DNA from: an uncultured Bacteroides sp. | GTDB lineage: Bacteria; Bacteroidota; Bacteroidia; Bacteroidales; Muribaculaceae | Length of the DNA stretch: 49,354 bases | Reading direction: 5' to 3' | NCBI GenBank assembly: GCA_964431795.1 | Contig: CAYSLD010000001.1 | Coordinates: forward strand, 1-49,354 | Part shown: piece by piece, positions 31,603-40,579 of the stretch | How the letters are laid out: each line of letters opens with the position of its first letter | Numbering within the stretch: position 1 is the stretch's first letter | Program-made: the position numbers and the translations under genes | Notes under the pieces: generated by a model | What the model was told of the DNA's origin: nothing | The model's input: only the letters and a program-made list of their open reading frames with translations | Databases searched by the model: none

Positions 31603-32931
31603 CTAGGGGGCTGGTTGTGTGACCTTTACTGTCTTTTGCGCATCAGTATTGAACGGGTTAATGATAATTTGAGCAGTACGCTTAGCATCAGTATCGTTAG
31701 CGGCAACACTGAAGGTCAAAGCATAAGTTGTAGTGGTATAAAATGCGTCGTCAGACGGATAAGAAGACTTTAGCGTAACCCATGGAACAGTGGTGTAAAT
31801 TCCCTCTACAAAACCATAAGCGCCAATGCTAAAACCATGGTTAGTTTTCACATTTACAGTGAATGAGCCACCGGCAGCGCTAACCTCAAATTTATTTTGA
31901 TCAATCTGCATTTGCTGATTGGCATCCTGCATCACAGTAATTTCGAAATAATCTGCTCCGGTAGGGTCACTGATGCGTACGTTAGTTTTGCGTTCATCCC
32001 AGCCGGTTTCGTTGTTAGCGACCTTGAAATCAACGCGAGCATTTTTCACAATGCCACCATCGGTGATATCTGCTTCATTTTTCACGCTCACCCAACTTTC
32101 ATCGCCAATATTGACAACATAGCCCACGCTATGGCAGAAATATAGCGAGAATTCCGAGCCGTTCGGCGAGAAGTGCGCGATGCTGTCTGTGCGCAGCGAT
32201 TTCACCCACGAGCCGCCGTCTTGCGAGATGTGCACAGTTTCTTTTGCAGAGCCGGAAGTAAAGGTAATATCGCCCTCTCTGCTTTCGGTAGAACTATTTG
32301 GTTTACAGCCGATAACAATTTTAGTATCAGACGACATACTTTCTTGATATACCATCCACTTGGCGCCATAATCGTCAAAACTGATATTTGAGACTTTTTT
32401 GCGCACGTAGAACACCATAGGGCGCGTGTTTTTGGCATCGGCGGGCACCTGCGCGGGAGCTGCCGACAATATGGCATGCTCTTCTTGCTGTGTGAACACG
32501 ATAGTTGTAGATGATGTTCCGGCGGTGAACACAATGTCGGCAGTGCGTTCATCCTCATAATTTTCAGTGACACTGATTTTAACTCGCGTAGTGCCGGAAT
32601 AGCCTGACTTTGTGGAAACAGTAATCCAGTTTTGAGAACTTTTAGAGTTTACGGTAGCAGACCACGATTTAGTAGCTTCAAGCACAATTTCCACTTCGCG
32701 TTCCTTACCGTCAACGGTGATATTACCCGACGAGTCGACGGTGTAACCGGCATCACTTGATGTCGGCGATGACACTTTAACCACCTGTTCTTCAGTGGGT
32801 GTTGTAGGAGTAGTCGGATTTGTTGGAGTTACAGGTTTGGGTTCATCACCACCACCGCCTCCACATGAACTTTGCGCCAAGGCAATAAGCACAATGGCAG
32901 GTACAAAAACGTGACGTAAAATATGATTCAT
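31603..32931 (-). CDS. lipoprotein with tandem BACON domains
   Basis: Lipobox LIALAQSS-C followed by a GGGGG and PT-rich linker; four repeats of W...V..N....R...I.....V.Q. Confidence 0.82.
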   Translation of the reverse strand: MNHILRHVFVPAIVLIALAQSSCGGGGGDEPKPVTPTNPTTPTTPTEEQVVKVSSPTSSDAGYTVDSSGNITVDGKEREVEIVLEATKSWSATVNSKSSQNWITVSTKSGYSGTTRVKISVTENYEDERTADIVFTAGTSSTTIVFTQQEEHAILSAAPAQVPADAKNTRPMVFYVRKKVSNISFDDYGAKWMVYQESMSSDTKIVIGCKPNSSTESREGDITFTSGSAKETVHISQDGGSWVKSLRTDSIAHFSPNGSEFSLYFCHSVGYVVNIGDESWVSVKNEADITDGGIVKNARVDFKVANNETGWDERKTNVRISDPTGADYFEITVMQDANQQMQIDQNKFEVSAAGGSFTVNVKTNHGFSIGAYGFVEGIYTTVPWVTLKSSYPSDDAFYTTTTYALTFSVAANDTDAKRTAQIIINPFNTDAQKTVKVTQPAP

Positions 32932-32978
32932 ATTTGCAATATAAATGGTAAAAAAAATCGGAAATATCTTTGGGCACG

Positions 32979-33009
32979 CAAATATATATATATATATATA
33001 TCAAGCAAA
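32979..33009 (-). promoter_or_regulatory. promoter of the BACON lipoprotein/T9SS cargo pair, containing an (AT)10 tract
   Basis: Minus strand TTTG (33009-33006), 19-nt spacer, TATATTTG (32986-32979). Confidence 0.72.
32982..33001. repeat. (AT)10 dinucleotide microsatellite
   Basis: ATATATATATATATATATAT read directly. Confidence 0.95.
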
Positions 33010-33083
33010 CTTAATTAGGTTAAAATTATTTAATTTGCGCTATTTTTTAGTCTGAGTATGGAATTAGTGGGGGGATGACAGCA

Positions 33084-33117
33084 AAGCCGGCTGAGGCATC
33101 ACTGCGTCAACCGGCTT
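33084..33117. terminator. imperfect GC-rich hairpin (terminator or REP-like element)
   Basis: AAGCCGGCTGAGGCA-TCAC-TGCGTCAACCGGCTT with two mismatches; weak T tracts on both strands. Confidence 0.55.
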
Positions 33118-33355
33118 CTTGATTAAAGGTTCCATTTAGAATTCAATTGATATATACATTACTGCATACTGTGAACTATAATTTTTCCTATTGAAAACTT
33201 GTCTTGCTCTTTCAAACCATGTATTCTCCAAACTAATATACCGGGATATGAAAACATAACTATTAAGTATGAACGTAAACCATGTAGGTTAAGGAAATCG
33301 CATAACAAACATTTCCAATACGGAGCGAAAAACGTAAGTTACGCGTTATGGAGAG

Positions 33356-33531
33356 CGTGGACAAACGGTTCAGGTTTTACAATAAAGCCGTGCCGGCTTG
33401 TTAAAGTTCTATCATAGGTCGGCAACAAGCCGACCCGGCACTAACGGTCATCTAAAGATATTACTTTACGATATATTGTAGAACCATTGAACCGAATTGC
33501 CGTCGGTACAGGAAGCATCGACAGCGCCACG
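33356..33531. ncRNA. candidate structured non-coding RNA (unassigned)
   Basis: Nested complementarity: 33366-33384 with 33474-33494, 33390-33396 with 33435-33441, hairpin 33417-33435, CGTGG/CCACG outer pair, side hairpin GTCGGT/ATCGAC. Confidence 0.4.
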
Positions 33532-33636
33532 AGGAGAGAGACAAAAAATTAGTCTGCGGGAATCAGTCAAGGGATTAGCAGCATAAAGGTTAACGCCCTC
33601 AACATCAGTCATATATATTTCTTCAATAAATAACAT
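33466..33636 (-). CDS. possible 56-aa small ORF (MLFIEEIYMTDVEG...), unknown function
   Basis: ATG at 33636 and TAA at 33466-33468, downstream of a minus-strand TATATTTG at 33700-33707; no recognisable motif. Confidence 0.2.
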   Translation of the reverse strand: MLFIEEIYMTDVEGVNLYAANPLTDSRRLIFCLSPRGAVDASCTDGNSVQWFYNIS

Positions 33637-33807
33637 AATCAAAGTGTGTTGTGAATAGGTAAATAATTATACTTATATTAAACTGTGATTGTTCGACGGC
33701 AAATATACAACACACTAGAATAAAAACCTAATGTGCAAGCAAAATTTAATCAAATTGTCACCACTTTGTGTTAATTGGGTAGTTTTTATGGCAAATTTCC
33801 AGTATTT

Positions 33808-35022
33808 TCAGGTAAAAAGCTTCATAACGTTAGCCGGAGCACGGCCAGCTTGCAACTCTGCACGCATAAAGTCCATATATGGAGCAACATGCTCAAAATA
33901 TTGGCGATACCCGTCGCAAAGGTAATTTTGATTAGGGTCGTCGCCGGGCGTTAGGGCAAACCGGTTTTTGGGGCACTCGCCGTTGCAAGCGAAGAGATAT
34001 GGGCAAGCGCGACACTTTTCGCTGAGTTTTGACTGTTTTTGCAAGCCAAAATCGAGTTGGCGGGGGCTGTACATCATTTCTACAAAGGTTTTGTCGGCGA
34101 TGTTACCGAGTCGATACTCAGGAAATACGAAGTGGTCACATGAATAGACGTCGCCGTTGTATTCCATCACTCCGGCATGGCCACAAGTTTTGGCCATGGT
34201 GCAAATGCCGGGAGCCACCCCCATCCAATTTGCGAGCGTAGCGTCGAAAATTTGCACAAATACGCGGCCCACATCGTTGCGCACCCAAAGGTCGAACACG
34301 CGGCAAAGGAAATCGCCCCACTGTTTTGGTGTGACAGAGAAAGGCATCATTTGCACATCGGTTTGCGTGGGGTCGGCAAGATGACGGCCATCGGCATGTT
34401 GCTGCAAACGCTCTACGATTGGTGTGAACTGAATGTATTGGCAGTTTATTTGTTTGAAGAAATTATAGAATTCGTCGGGGAAATCGGCATTATAGTCGTT
34501 GACAACTGCCATAGCATTCCAATCTACGTTGTAACGGTTGAGCAATTGCACGGCTCGCATCACGCGGTTGAACGACGGTTTGCCATCTGTGCCGCGGCGA
34601 TATTCATCGTGAAACTCTTGCGGGCCGTCGATAGAAAGGCCTACCAACCAGTTGTTTTGGCGCAAAAAACGGCACCACTCTTCAGTGATGAGAGTGCCGT
34701 TTGTTTGTATGCTGTTCATTATGGCGTGGCCGTTGGCATAGCGTTGTTGCAAAGCCACCACGCGCTCATAAAATTTGAGCGGGCGAATCATAGCTTCGCC
34801 ACCGTGCCAAGTGAATTGCACAGCCTCAGTGGTTTGTGCCTCGATGTATTTTTGTATGAAATTTTCAAGCACAGAGTCGCTCATGTTGTGGCGAGCGTCG
34901 TTGGCATAAAGCTTTGACTTTTCGAGGTAGTAGCAATACGAGCAGGCCATGTTGCAGACAGCGCCGGCAGGTTTAGCCATCACATATAGCGGTTGTTGAA
35001 AAGAGTCGAGCTTAGATTGCAT
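33808..35022 (-). CDS. anaerobic sulfatase-maturating enzyme (radical SAM/SPASM, anSME/ChuR-like)
   Basis: KPAGAVCNMACSYCYY, WHGGE, QTNGTL, SIDGP, SPASM cysteines GDVYSCDH and CRACPYLFACNGECPKNR, NYLCDGY. Confidence 0.93.
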   Translation of the reverse strand: MQSKLDSFQQPLYVMAKPAGAVCNMACSYCYYLEKSKLYANDARHNMSDSVLENFIQKYIEAQTTEAVQFTWHGGEAMIRPLKFYERVVALQQRYANGHAIMNSIQTNGTLITEEWCRFLRQNNWLVGLSIDGPQEFHDEYRRGTDGKPSFNRVMRAVQLLNRYNVDWNAMAVVNDYNADFPDEFYNFFKQINCQYIQFTPIVERLQQHADGRHLADPTQTDVQMMPFSVTPKQWGDFLCRVFDLWVRNDVGRVFVQIFDATLANWMGVAPGICTMAKTCGHAGVMEYNGDVYSCDHFVFPEYRLGNIADKTFVEMMYSPRQLDFGLQKQSKLSEKCRACPYLFACNGECPKNRFALTPGDDPNQNYLCDGYRQYFEHVAPYMDFMRAELQAGRAPANVMKLFT

Positions 35023-35024
35023 AC

Positions 35025-36263
35025 TTATTTTGGGCCAAGGGTGAGCGAAGAGAGGTTTGTGAAAGTGTGCGCCATAGAGCAGAGGTCGGAGGCCGAGACA
35101 GCATTTATGGCAGCAATAATTTCGTCGCGAGTGAGCACAACGCCATGTTTGAGAGTAGCTCTAGCCACGGCAATAGCACGGTTTTCGCGATTTTCATTTG
35201 CGAGTATAAGTTGTCCGAGATATTGCTTTTTAGCAGCAGCGAGTTGGCGCGGTGAAATTTCAGTTTGAGCCATTTTGTCAATGCATTGTCGCACGAGTTG
35301 CGAGCATTTTTCAGTGTCGTGAGGGTCGCAACCGAAGTAGACCATAAATTCGCCGCAATCGGCAAAGATTGTTGTTGATGCTTCAACATTGTAGACCAAT
35401 CCACGGCGCTCGCGCAAGTCTACGTTTAGCAGTGAATTCATGCCGGGGCCACCAAGGATGTTGCTGAGCAAAGCAGCGACGGTGCGTTGTTGCAATGACA
35501 TCTGAGGCAGGGCAGTGCCAAGAATAGTGTGGGCTTGATGCGAGTCGATTGGACGATGCTGTTGTTTTATAGATGTGTCAACGGTTATGCGTTCAAAGTC
35601 GACACCTTTACCGGGACGCACGTCAGCAAAGAACTGTGTGGCTTTAGCGACAAAAGTGTCAACCCCCACTCCACCGGCATAAAACACAACCATGCGTTTT
35701 GCAGTGTAGTAGCGGTCAATCCATGAGCGACACTTATCGCTATCAAACTCGGCAAGAGTGTCGGTAGTGCCAAGGATGTTGTGACCGAGAGGGGTATTTT
35801 CAAAGATAATGTCTTCGAAGTCGTCGAACACGGCATCAGACGGAGAGTCGAGATACGAGTCAATCTCGTCAGAGACCACTTCGCGCTCTTTGTTTAGCTC
35901 GGCAGCGGGGAAACGAGAATGAAGCGTGAGGTCGGCAACCAGCTCAAGGGCACGGTTCACGTTGCCGCGGGGGAAGACGGTGTAGACCACAGTGTCGTCT
36001 TTGGTTGTGAATGCATTTAGTTCGCCGCCAACAGCCTCCATGCGGTTGAGTATGTGCCATGCAGAGCGGCGCTGTGTGCCCTTAAAAATGGTATGTTCAA
36101 CGAAGTGAGCGAGGCCCGACTCGCCGTCGGCGATAATTTCGTCGCGGCTACCGGCGCGCACTGCTACGCCGCAGTATCCGACTGCGGCGCGGGGTATGTG
36201 CACGTGCACGCCACGCATGCCCGATGGCAGCGTGAAGTAAGTTATGTTTTCGCGTTTAGTCAT
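35025..36263 (-). CDS. M16 family zinc peptidase
   Basis: Inverted zinc motif GLAHFVEH, GGELNAFT, LGGPGMNSLL..DLRERRGLVY. Confidence 0.92.
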   Translation of the reverse strand: MTKRENITYFTLPSGMRGVHVHIPRAAVGYCGVAVRAGSRDEIIADGESGLAHFVEHTIFKGTQRRSAWHILNRMEAVGGELNAFTTKDDTVVYTVFPRGNVNRALELVADLTLHSRFPAAELNKEREVVSDEIDSYLDSPSDAVFDDFEDIIFENTPLGHNILGTTDTLAEFDSDKCRSWIDRYYTAKRMVVFYAGGVGVDTFVAKATQFFADVRPGKGVDFERITVDTSIKQQHRPIDSHQAHTILGTALPQMSLQQRTVAALLSNILGGPGMNSLLNVDLRERRGLVYNVEASTTIFADCGEFMVYFGCDPHDTEKCSQLVRQCIDKMAQTEISPRQLAAAKKQYLGQLILANENRENRAIAVARATLKHGVVLTRDEIIAAINAVSASDLCSMAHTFTNLSSLTLGPK

Positions 36264-37800
36264 TTACGACAGGGTCAATCCAATCGTTATTATCTTTAAT
36301 GAGTTGAATGAGTTGCGGCAGGGCTTGGTCAGTGGGTATGTTCTTTTTCACACAAACTTTGCCCTTGTAGAGCGACACATTTCCGGCAGCGGCGCCAACA
36401 TATCCGTAGTCGGCATCAGCCATTTCACCGGGGCCGTTTACGATGCATCCCATCACGCCGATTTTCAAGCCGATGAGGTGCGAAGTTGCAGCTTTGATTT
36501 TGGCGAGGGTGCCTTGGAGGTCAAAGAGAGTGCGACCGCAACCGGGGCAAGCGATGTATTCGGTTTTGGTGATGCGACGGCGAGTGGCTTGGAGTATGCT
36601 GCGTGAAAGCGAGACTCGAGCTTCATTGTCGAGCGAGGGGGCGTCAATCCAAATGCCGTTTGCAAATCCATCGAGGAGCACCGAGCCAAAGTCGACAGAA
36701 GCAGCCACAATGACCTCGTCGGGCGACATCGTTGCCGGATAGCTGATTTTGAGGAAATCAGGTTTGTAAGGCTCGGGGGTCAGCGAAGCGAAAGCTGCTT
36801 TTGCTTGCGCCAAAGCATCGGGGCCTTCAAAGGCACGCACATTGCTAAATAATTCAGCCTCTTTTTCAGAGAAATCATAGCCAACAATCGAGGGCGAAGC
36901 ATCTACGTGCTCAGCCTTCACTTGCGGTGCTACAGTCTGCATTTCAGAGATGTGCTTTACGAGCATACGCGCCACGGGTATTTCGCATTCGGGAGCTTCG
37001 CTGAGCGAAACGCGAATGGTGTCGCCAATGCCTTCAGCCAGGAGTGTGCCTATGCCAACAGCCGACTTCACGCGGCCATCCTCGCCGTCGCCGGCCTCGG
37101 TGACGCCAAGGTGCAACGGGAAGTCCATGTTTTCGGCTCGCATAGCGTTATCCATCATGCGCATAGTGTTGACCATCAAGCCAACATTTGAGGCTTTGAT
37201 AGAGATGACTACGTCTAAGAAATTGTTGGCCACGCAAATGCGAAGGAACTCCATAGCGCTCTCCACCATACCGGCGGGAGTGTCGCCATATCGGCTCATG
37301 ATGCGGTCGCTGAGCGAGCCGTGGTTCACGCCAATGCGTAGGGCCACGCCACGTTCGCGGCAAAGGTCGAGCAATGGCACAAGTTTTTGGGCTATGCGGT
37401 CAATTTCGGCTGCATATTCGGCATCGGTATATTCGATTTTGCGGAATGTGCGACCGGGGTCAACGAAATTACCGGGGTTTATGCGCACCTTTTCAACGTG
37501 GAGAGCGGCCTCGAAAGCAGCAGCCGGGTTGAAATGGATGTCGGCCACCAAAGGCACGTTGCAACCATGGCTGCGCACCACGCGACTGATTTCGCCGAGA
37601 TTGCGAGCATGGTTAACGCCTTGCGCTGTCAAGCGCACGATATCGGCACCGGCGGCGGCAATACGTTCAATCTGAGCGGCACTGGCCTCGGTGTCGAGAG
37701 TGGGCGTATTAGTCATAGACTGCAAGCGTATGGGGTTATCACCGCCAACTTGCGTGTTGCCGATGCGCACAGCATGACTATGACGACGTACGAAGGTCAT
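36256..37800 (-). CDS. ispG: (E)-4-hydroxy-3-methylbut-2-enyl-diphosphate synthase
   Basis: PIRLQSMTNT, PLVADIHF, RINPGN, RIGVNHGSL, PLHLGVTEAG, GDTIRVSL, CPGCGRT, MGCIVNGPGE. Confidence 0.96.
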   Translation of the reverse strand: MTFVRRHSHAVRIGNTQVGGDNPIRLQSMTNTPTLDTEASAAQIERIAAAGADIVRLTAQGVNHARNLGEISRVVRSHGCNVPLVADIHFNPAAAFEAALHVEKVRINPGNFVDPGRTFRKIEYTDAEYAAEIDRIAQKLVPLLDLCRERGVALRIGVNHGSLSDRIMSRYGDTPAGMVESAMEFLRICVANNFLDVVISIKASNVGLMVNTMRMMDNAMRAENMDFPLHLGVTEAGDGEDGRVKSAVGIGTLLAEGIGDTIRVSLSEAPECEIPVARMLVKHISEMQTVAPQVKAEHVDASPSIVGYDFSEKEAELFSNVRAFEGPDALAQAKAAFASLTPEPYKPDFLKISYPATMSPDEVIVAASVDFGSVLLDGFANGIWIDAPSLDNEARVSLSRSILQATRRRITKTEYIACPGCGRTLFDLQGTLAKIKAATSHLIGLKIGVMGCIVNGPGEMADADYGYVGAAAGNVSLYKGKVCVKKNIPTDQALPQLIQLIKDNNDWIDPVVND

Positions 37801-37814
37801 AGATCTGATCTATT

Positions 37815-38324
37815 TTAGTTAGTTTTGAATTTGTAAGTATCAATTTTGGCAAGCTCTTGGTTGGCCTTAACAATTTTGCTAGACAAAGTAGAGCGCCAAG
37901 CGTCGAGGCGAGCCGAGATTTCGCTGTCAGAAAGAGCGAGCATTTGCACGGCAAGGATAGCAGCATTTTGAGCGCCGTCAATGCCAACAGTAGCTACGGG
38001 TATGCCCGGGGGCATTTGCACGATAGCCAATAAAGCGTCTTGGCCTTGGAGCGTAGAGCTGATGGGCACACCAATCACGGGCAGCGGAGTGAGAGCAGCG
38101 ATAACGCCGGGCAGAGCGGCAGCCATGCCGGCAGCAGCGATAATCACTTTGATGCCGCGGTCGCGAGCGCCGGTTGCAAACTCTTCTACCTCACGAGGGG
38201 TGCGGTGTGCGCTGAGTGCGTGCATTTCAAAAGGCACCTCAAGCGACTCGAGGAAAGCAGCAGCTTTGCCAACAACGGGCAGGTCACTGGTGCTGCCCAT
38301 TATAATGCTTACTAAAGGTTTCAT
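37815..38324 (-). CDS. purE: N5-carboxyaminoimidazole ribonucleotide mutase
   Basis: [47 protein letters not shown]; start set at ATG 38324. Confidence 0.96.
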   Translation of the reverse strand: MKPLVSIIMGSTSDLPVVGKAAAFLESLEVPFEMHALSAHRTPREVEEFATGARDRGIKVIIAAAGMAAALPGVIAALTPLPVIGVPISSTLQGQDALLAIVQMPPGIPVATVGIDGAQNAAILAVQMLALSDSEISARLDAWRSTLSSKIVKANQELAKIDTYKFKTN

Positions 38325-38350
38325 AATTGAGTATGTATGTGTGGTTAAAG

Positions 38351-39004
38351 TTATTTTACGATAAACGGAGAGTGTATGCCCATGATAAGGATAGTAATTA
38401 CGGCGCTTAGCACCACGCCGGCAATAACTTGCAGCGGGGTGTGTTTGTGCAGAATTACGCGTGCCGAGCCTACTATTCCGGCAATGATAATAGCAACCAT
38501 AATCCAGGGCACAATTTGGATGAGCGAAATGCCATGCACACAAAGAGCGGTGAGAAATCCGATGAGGTTACCCAATCCGGCACCGTGTCCGCTAATTTTC
38601 CACTTTAGGGTTATGATGCCGACAACAATTGTGGTAAGGATGCCTGAAGTAAAATACATCAGCAACCACCACGGAGCGTTCACCCAAAACAGATAGGCCA
38701 AAGCAACAATGTAGCAAGAAAGAATCAGTAACATCGGTCGCATACGCTCTTGACGTTTTGACACATCAAGGTCACTCACTTTGCCGGAATGAATCATGGC
38801 AAGCAGTCCCACCAAAGGCAACAAAGCGGTGAGTCCGAGCACCACTACGGTAGTAACGAAACGCACACGTTCGTTGACGAGCAACAATGGAGTCACCCAC
38901 ATGGCAGTAGTGGTGGCATAGGTAGGTATCAGCAACGGAGAAAAGAGAGCAGAAAAGACCTTTGCTGCTCTGAGCGTGAAACGAGTTAATGCAGAAGCTT
39001 TCAT
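38351..39004 (-). CDS. integral membrane protein, PAP2-like
   Basis: About seven hydrophobic helices; WKISGHG and [10 protein letters not shown] resemble the PAP2 C2/C3 motifs. Confidence 0.72.
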   Translation of the reverse strand: MKASALTRFTLRAAKVFSALFSPLLIPTYATTTAMWVTPLLLVNERVRFVTTVVVLGLTALLPLVGLLAMIHSGKVSDLDVSKRQERMRPMLLILSCYIVALAYLFWVNAPWWLLMYFTSGILTTIVVGIITLKWKISGHGAGLGNLIGFLTALCVHGISLIQIVPWIMVAIIIAGIVGSARVILHKHTPLQVIAGVVLSAVITILIMGIHSPFIVK

Positions 39005-39016
39005 ATTATTTAATGT

Positions 39017-40492
39017 CTACGCTTTAGATGGCTTGGCAATATCGCGACGGCCACGTGAATTTGGTATATTTAATTGTTCTCTGTATTTAGCCACAGTGCG
39101 GCGTGCTATGTCAAAGCCTCGTTCTTTGAGCATATCAGTGAGAGCATCATCGCTGAGTGGATGCAGTTTATCTTCACTGTCAATCATAGAGCGAAGAGCT
39201 TCAAGAATTTGGTGCGACGACACATCGGAGTCTTCCTTCGGGCGCTCATTGAAGAACATTTTGAGCGGATAAAGGCCACCGGGAGTGGCAACATATTTGC
39301 CGTTTGTAGCGCGTGAAATCACTGACATATCGCGACCGGTGAGCTGAGCGATGTCTTTGAGTATCATCGGGCGGATGAGCGAGCGGTCTTCGGTGCGAAA
39401 GAAGTCAGCTTGTATGTTTACAATTGCCGTCATCACGTCCATGAGAGTTTGAGAGCGGCGTTGCAAAAGGTCAATAAACTCTGAGGCTTCTTGGCTGCGG
39501 CTGCGTATGAAAGCAAGTGTTTTGTCTTTGCGCGATGCGGGTTGCTGTATGCTGTCGCCAATTTTGTATGATTGAGCTACGGTGAGTTCGGGCAATCTCT
39601 GTGTGAGAGAAATGATGAAGCGTTGCTCGGTGGGGTCGTTGTCATCAGGCTCAACCAAAAAGTCGGGGGTGATGTGCATCATGCGGTCTTCAGGCGCATT
39701 GCTATCAGAGTTGCCGGGCTTGGGGTTGAGAGTGCGGATAACGTCGAGAGCCTCGCGCAGTTGGTCTTCATCAATGCCTATTTTTGCGCGAAGGCGGTCG
39801 AAATGTTTGTTAGCGAACAAGTCGAAGTGACGGTCGAGCATTTCTATTGCAATCTTGACAGCGAGATTGTTCTCGCGGCGGCGCAATTGCAGCAACAGAC
39901 AGTCGCGGAGGTCAACGGCTCCAACTCCGGCGGGGTCGAGACTGCGCACGGTGTTGAATGCGGTGAGGAGGTCATCGCGAGTGATATCATATCCGGTGTG
40001 AATGGCAATATCATCGGCGATGGCAGCGAGAGAGCGCGTCATGCGTCCGTTGTTGTCAAGGTTACCAATAAGATATTCTGCAAACATACGGTCGCGTGGC
40101 AAGAGGTCATATTCGGCAAGCTGTTCGATGAGATTGTCGGCCATATCGGTAGACGCGGCATTAGCATCGATTGACATGCGACGGCTGTCGTCATCGTCAC
40201 TGCTGTTTTGTTGGCGAGTGCGATACGACGGCATCATATCATCTTCGTCGCGATAATCAGCGCGCTGCAAGTCTTCAGCCGACTCGTTGTAGTCATTGCT
40301 ATTATCCACATCGTCAGTCGAAACAGCGGCCGGCGACACCTCTTCCAGCGCCGGATTTTCATCCAAGCGTCGGTGCACCTCGTCCTCAATGGCCGCGGTG
40401 TTCATCTCCAGCAGTTTCACAAACTGCACTTGCATTGGTGCAAGGGTTTGTATTTGCGACTGCGTCTGTGAAAGTTCAAAACCTTCTTTCAT
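39017..40492 (-). CDS. rpoN: RNA polymerase sigma-54 factor
   Basis: Gln-rich region I, LDENPALEE, LDPAGVGA.DLRDCLLLQL, SVISRA HTH, RpoN box ARRTVAKYREQL. Confidence 0.97.
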   Translation of the reverse strand: MKEGFELSQTQSQIQTLAPMQVQFVKLLEMNTAAIEDEVHRRLDENPALEEVSPAAVSTDDVDNSNDYNESAEDLQRADYRDEDDMMPSYRTRQQNSSDDDDSRRMSIDANAASTDMADNLIEQLAEYDLLPRDRMFAEYLIGNLDNNGRMTRSLAAIADDIAIHTGYDITRDDLLTAFNTVRSLDPAGVGAVDLRDCLLLQLRRRENNLAVKIAIEMLDRHFDLFANKHFDRLRAKIGIDEDQLREALDVIRTLNPKPGNSDSNAPEDRMMHITPDFLVEPDDNDPTEQRFIISLTQRLPELTVAQSYKIGDSIQQPASRKDKTLAFIRSRSQEASEFIDLLQRRSQTLMDVMTAIVNIQADFFRTEDRSLIRPMILKDIAQLTGRDMSVISRATNGKYVATPGGLYPLKMFFNERPKEDSDVSSHQILEALRSMIDSEDKLHPLSDDALTDMLKERGFDIARRTVAKYREQLNIPNSRGRRDIAKPSKA

Positions 40493-40499
40493 ATCACTG

Positions 40500-40568
40500 C
40501 AAAATTAATAAATTTTCTATTAACACTGCGGCAATAACGGCTAAAATTATAAATTTTGCGTACTTTTG
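40500..40568. promoter_or_regulatory. divergent -7 elements for rpoN and ribD
   Basis: Minus TAATTTTG at 40500-40507 (7 nt before the rpoN ATG); plus TACTTTTG at 40561-40568 (11 nt before the ribD ATG). Confidence 0.6.
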
Positions 40569-40579
40569 TAAGTATAAAC

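Noticed and set aside
33500-33525. SRP RNA (AGGAAGCA motif)
   Set aside because: Lacks the preceding CAGG...GNRA tetraloop geometry of SRP helix 8.
28384-33807. Diversity-generating retroelement acting on the VDLGL modules
   Set aside because: No reverse transcriptase in the window, and no adenine-variant template copy of any module end found in the adjacent intergenic DNA.
34177-37675. Plus-strand ORFs of about 240 aa (34177-34917, 36950-37675)
   Set aside because: Antisense shadows of the anSME and ispG genes.
38325-38543. 73-aa N-terminal extension of PurE in the ORF track
   Set aside because: Overlaps the PAP2-like gene in another frame; PurE similarity starts at [11 protein letters not shown] (38324).
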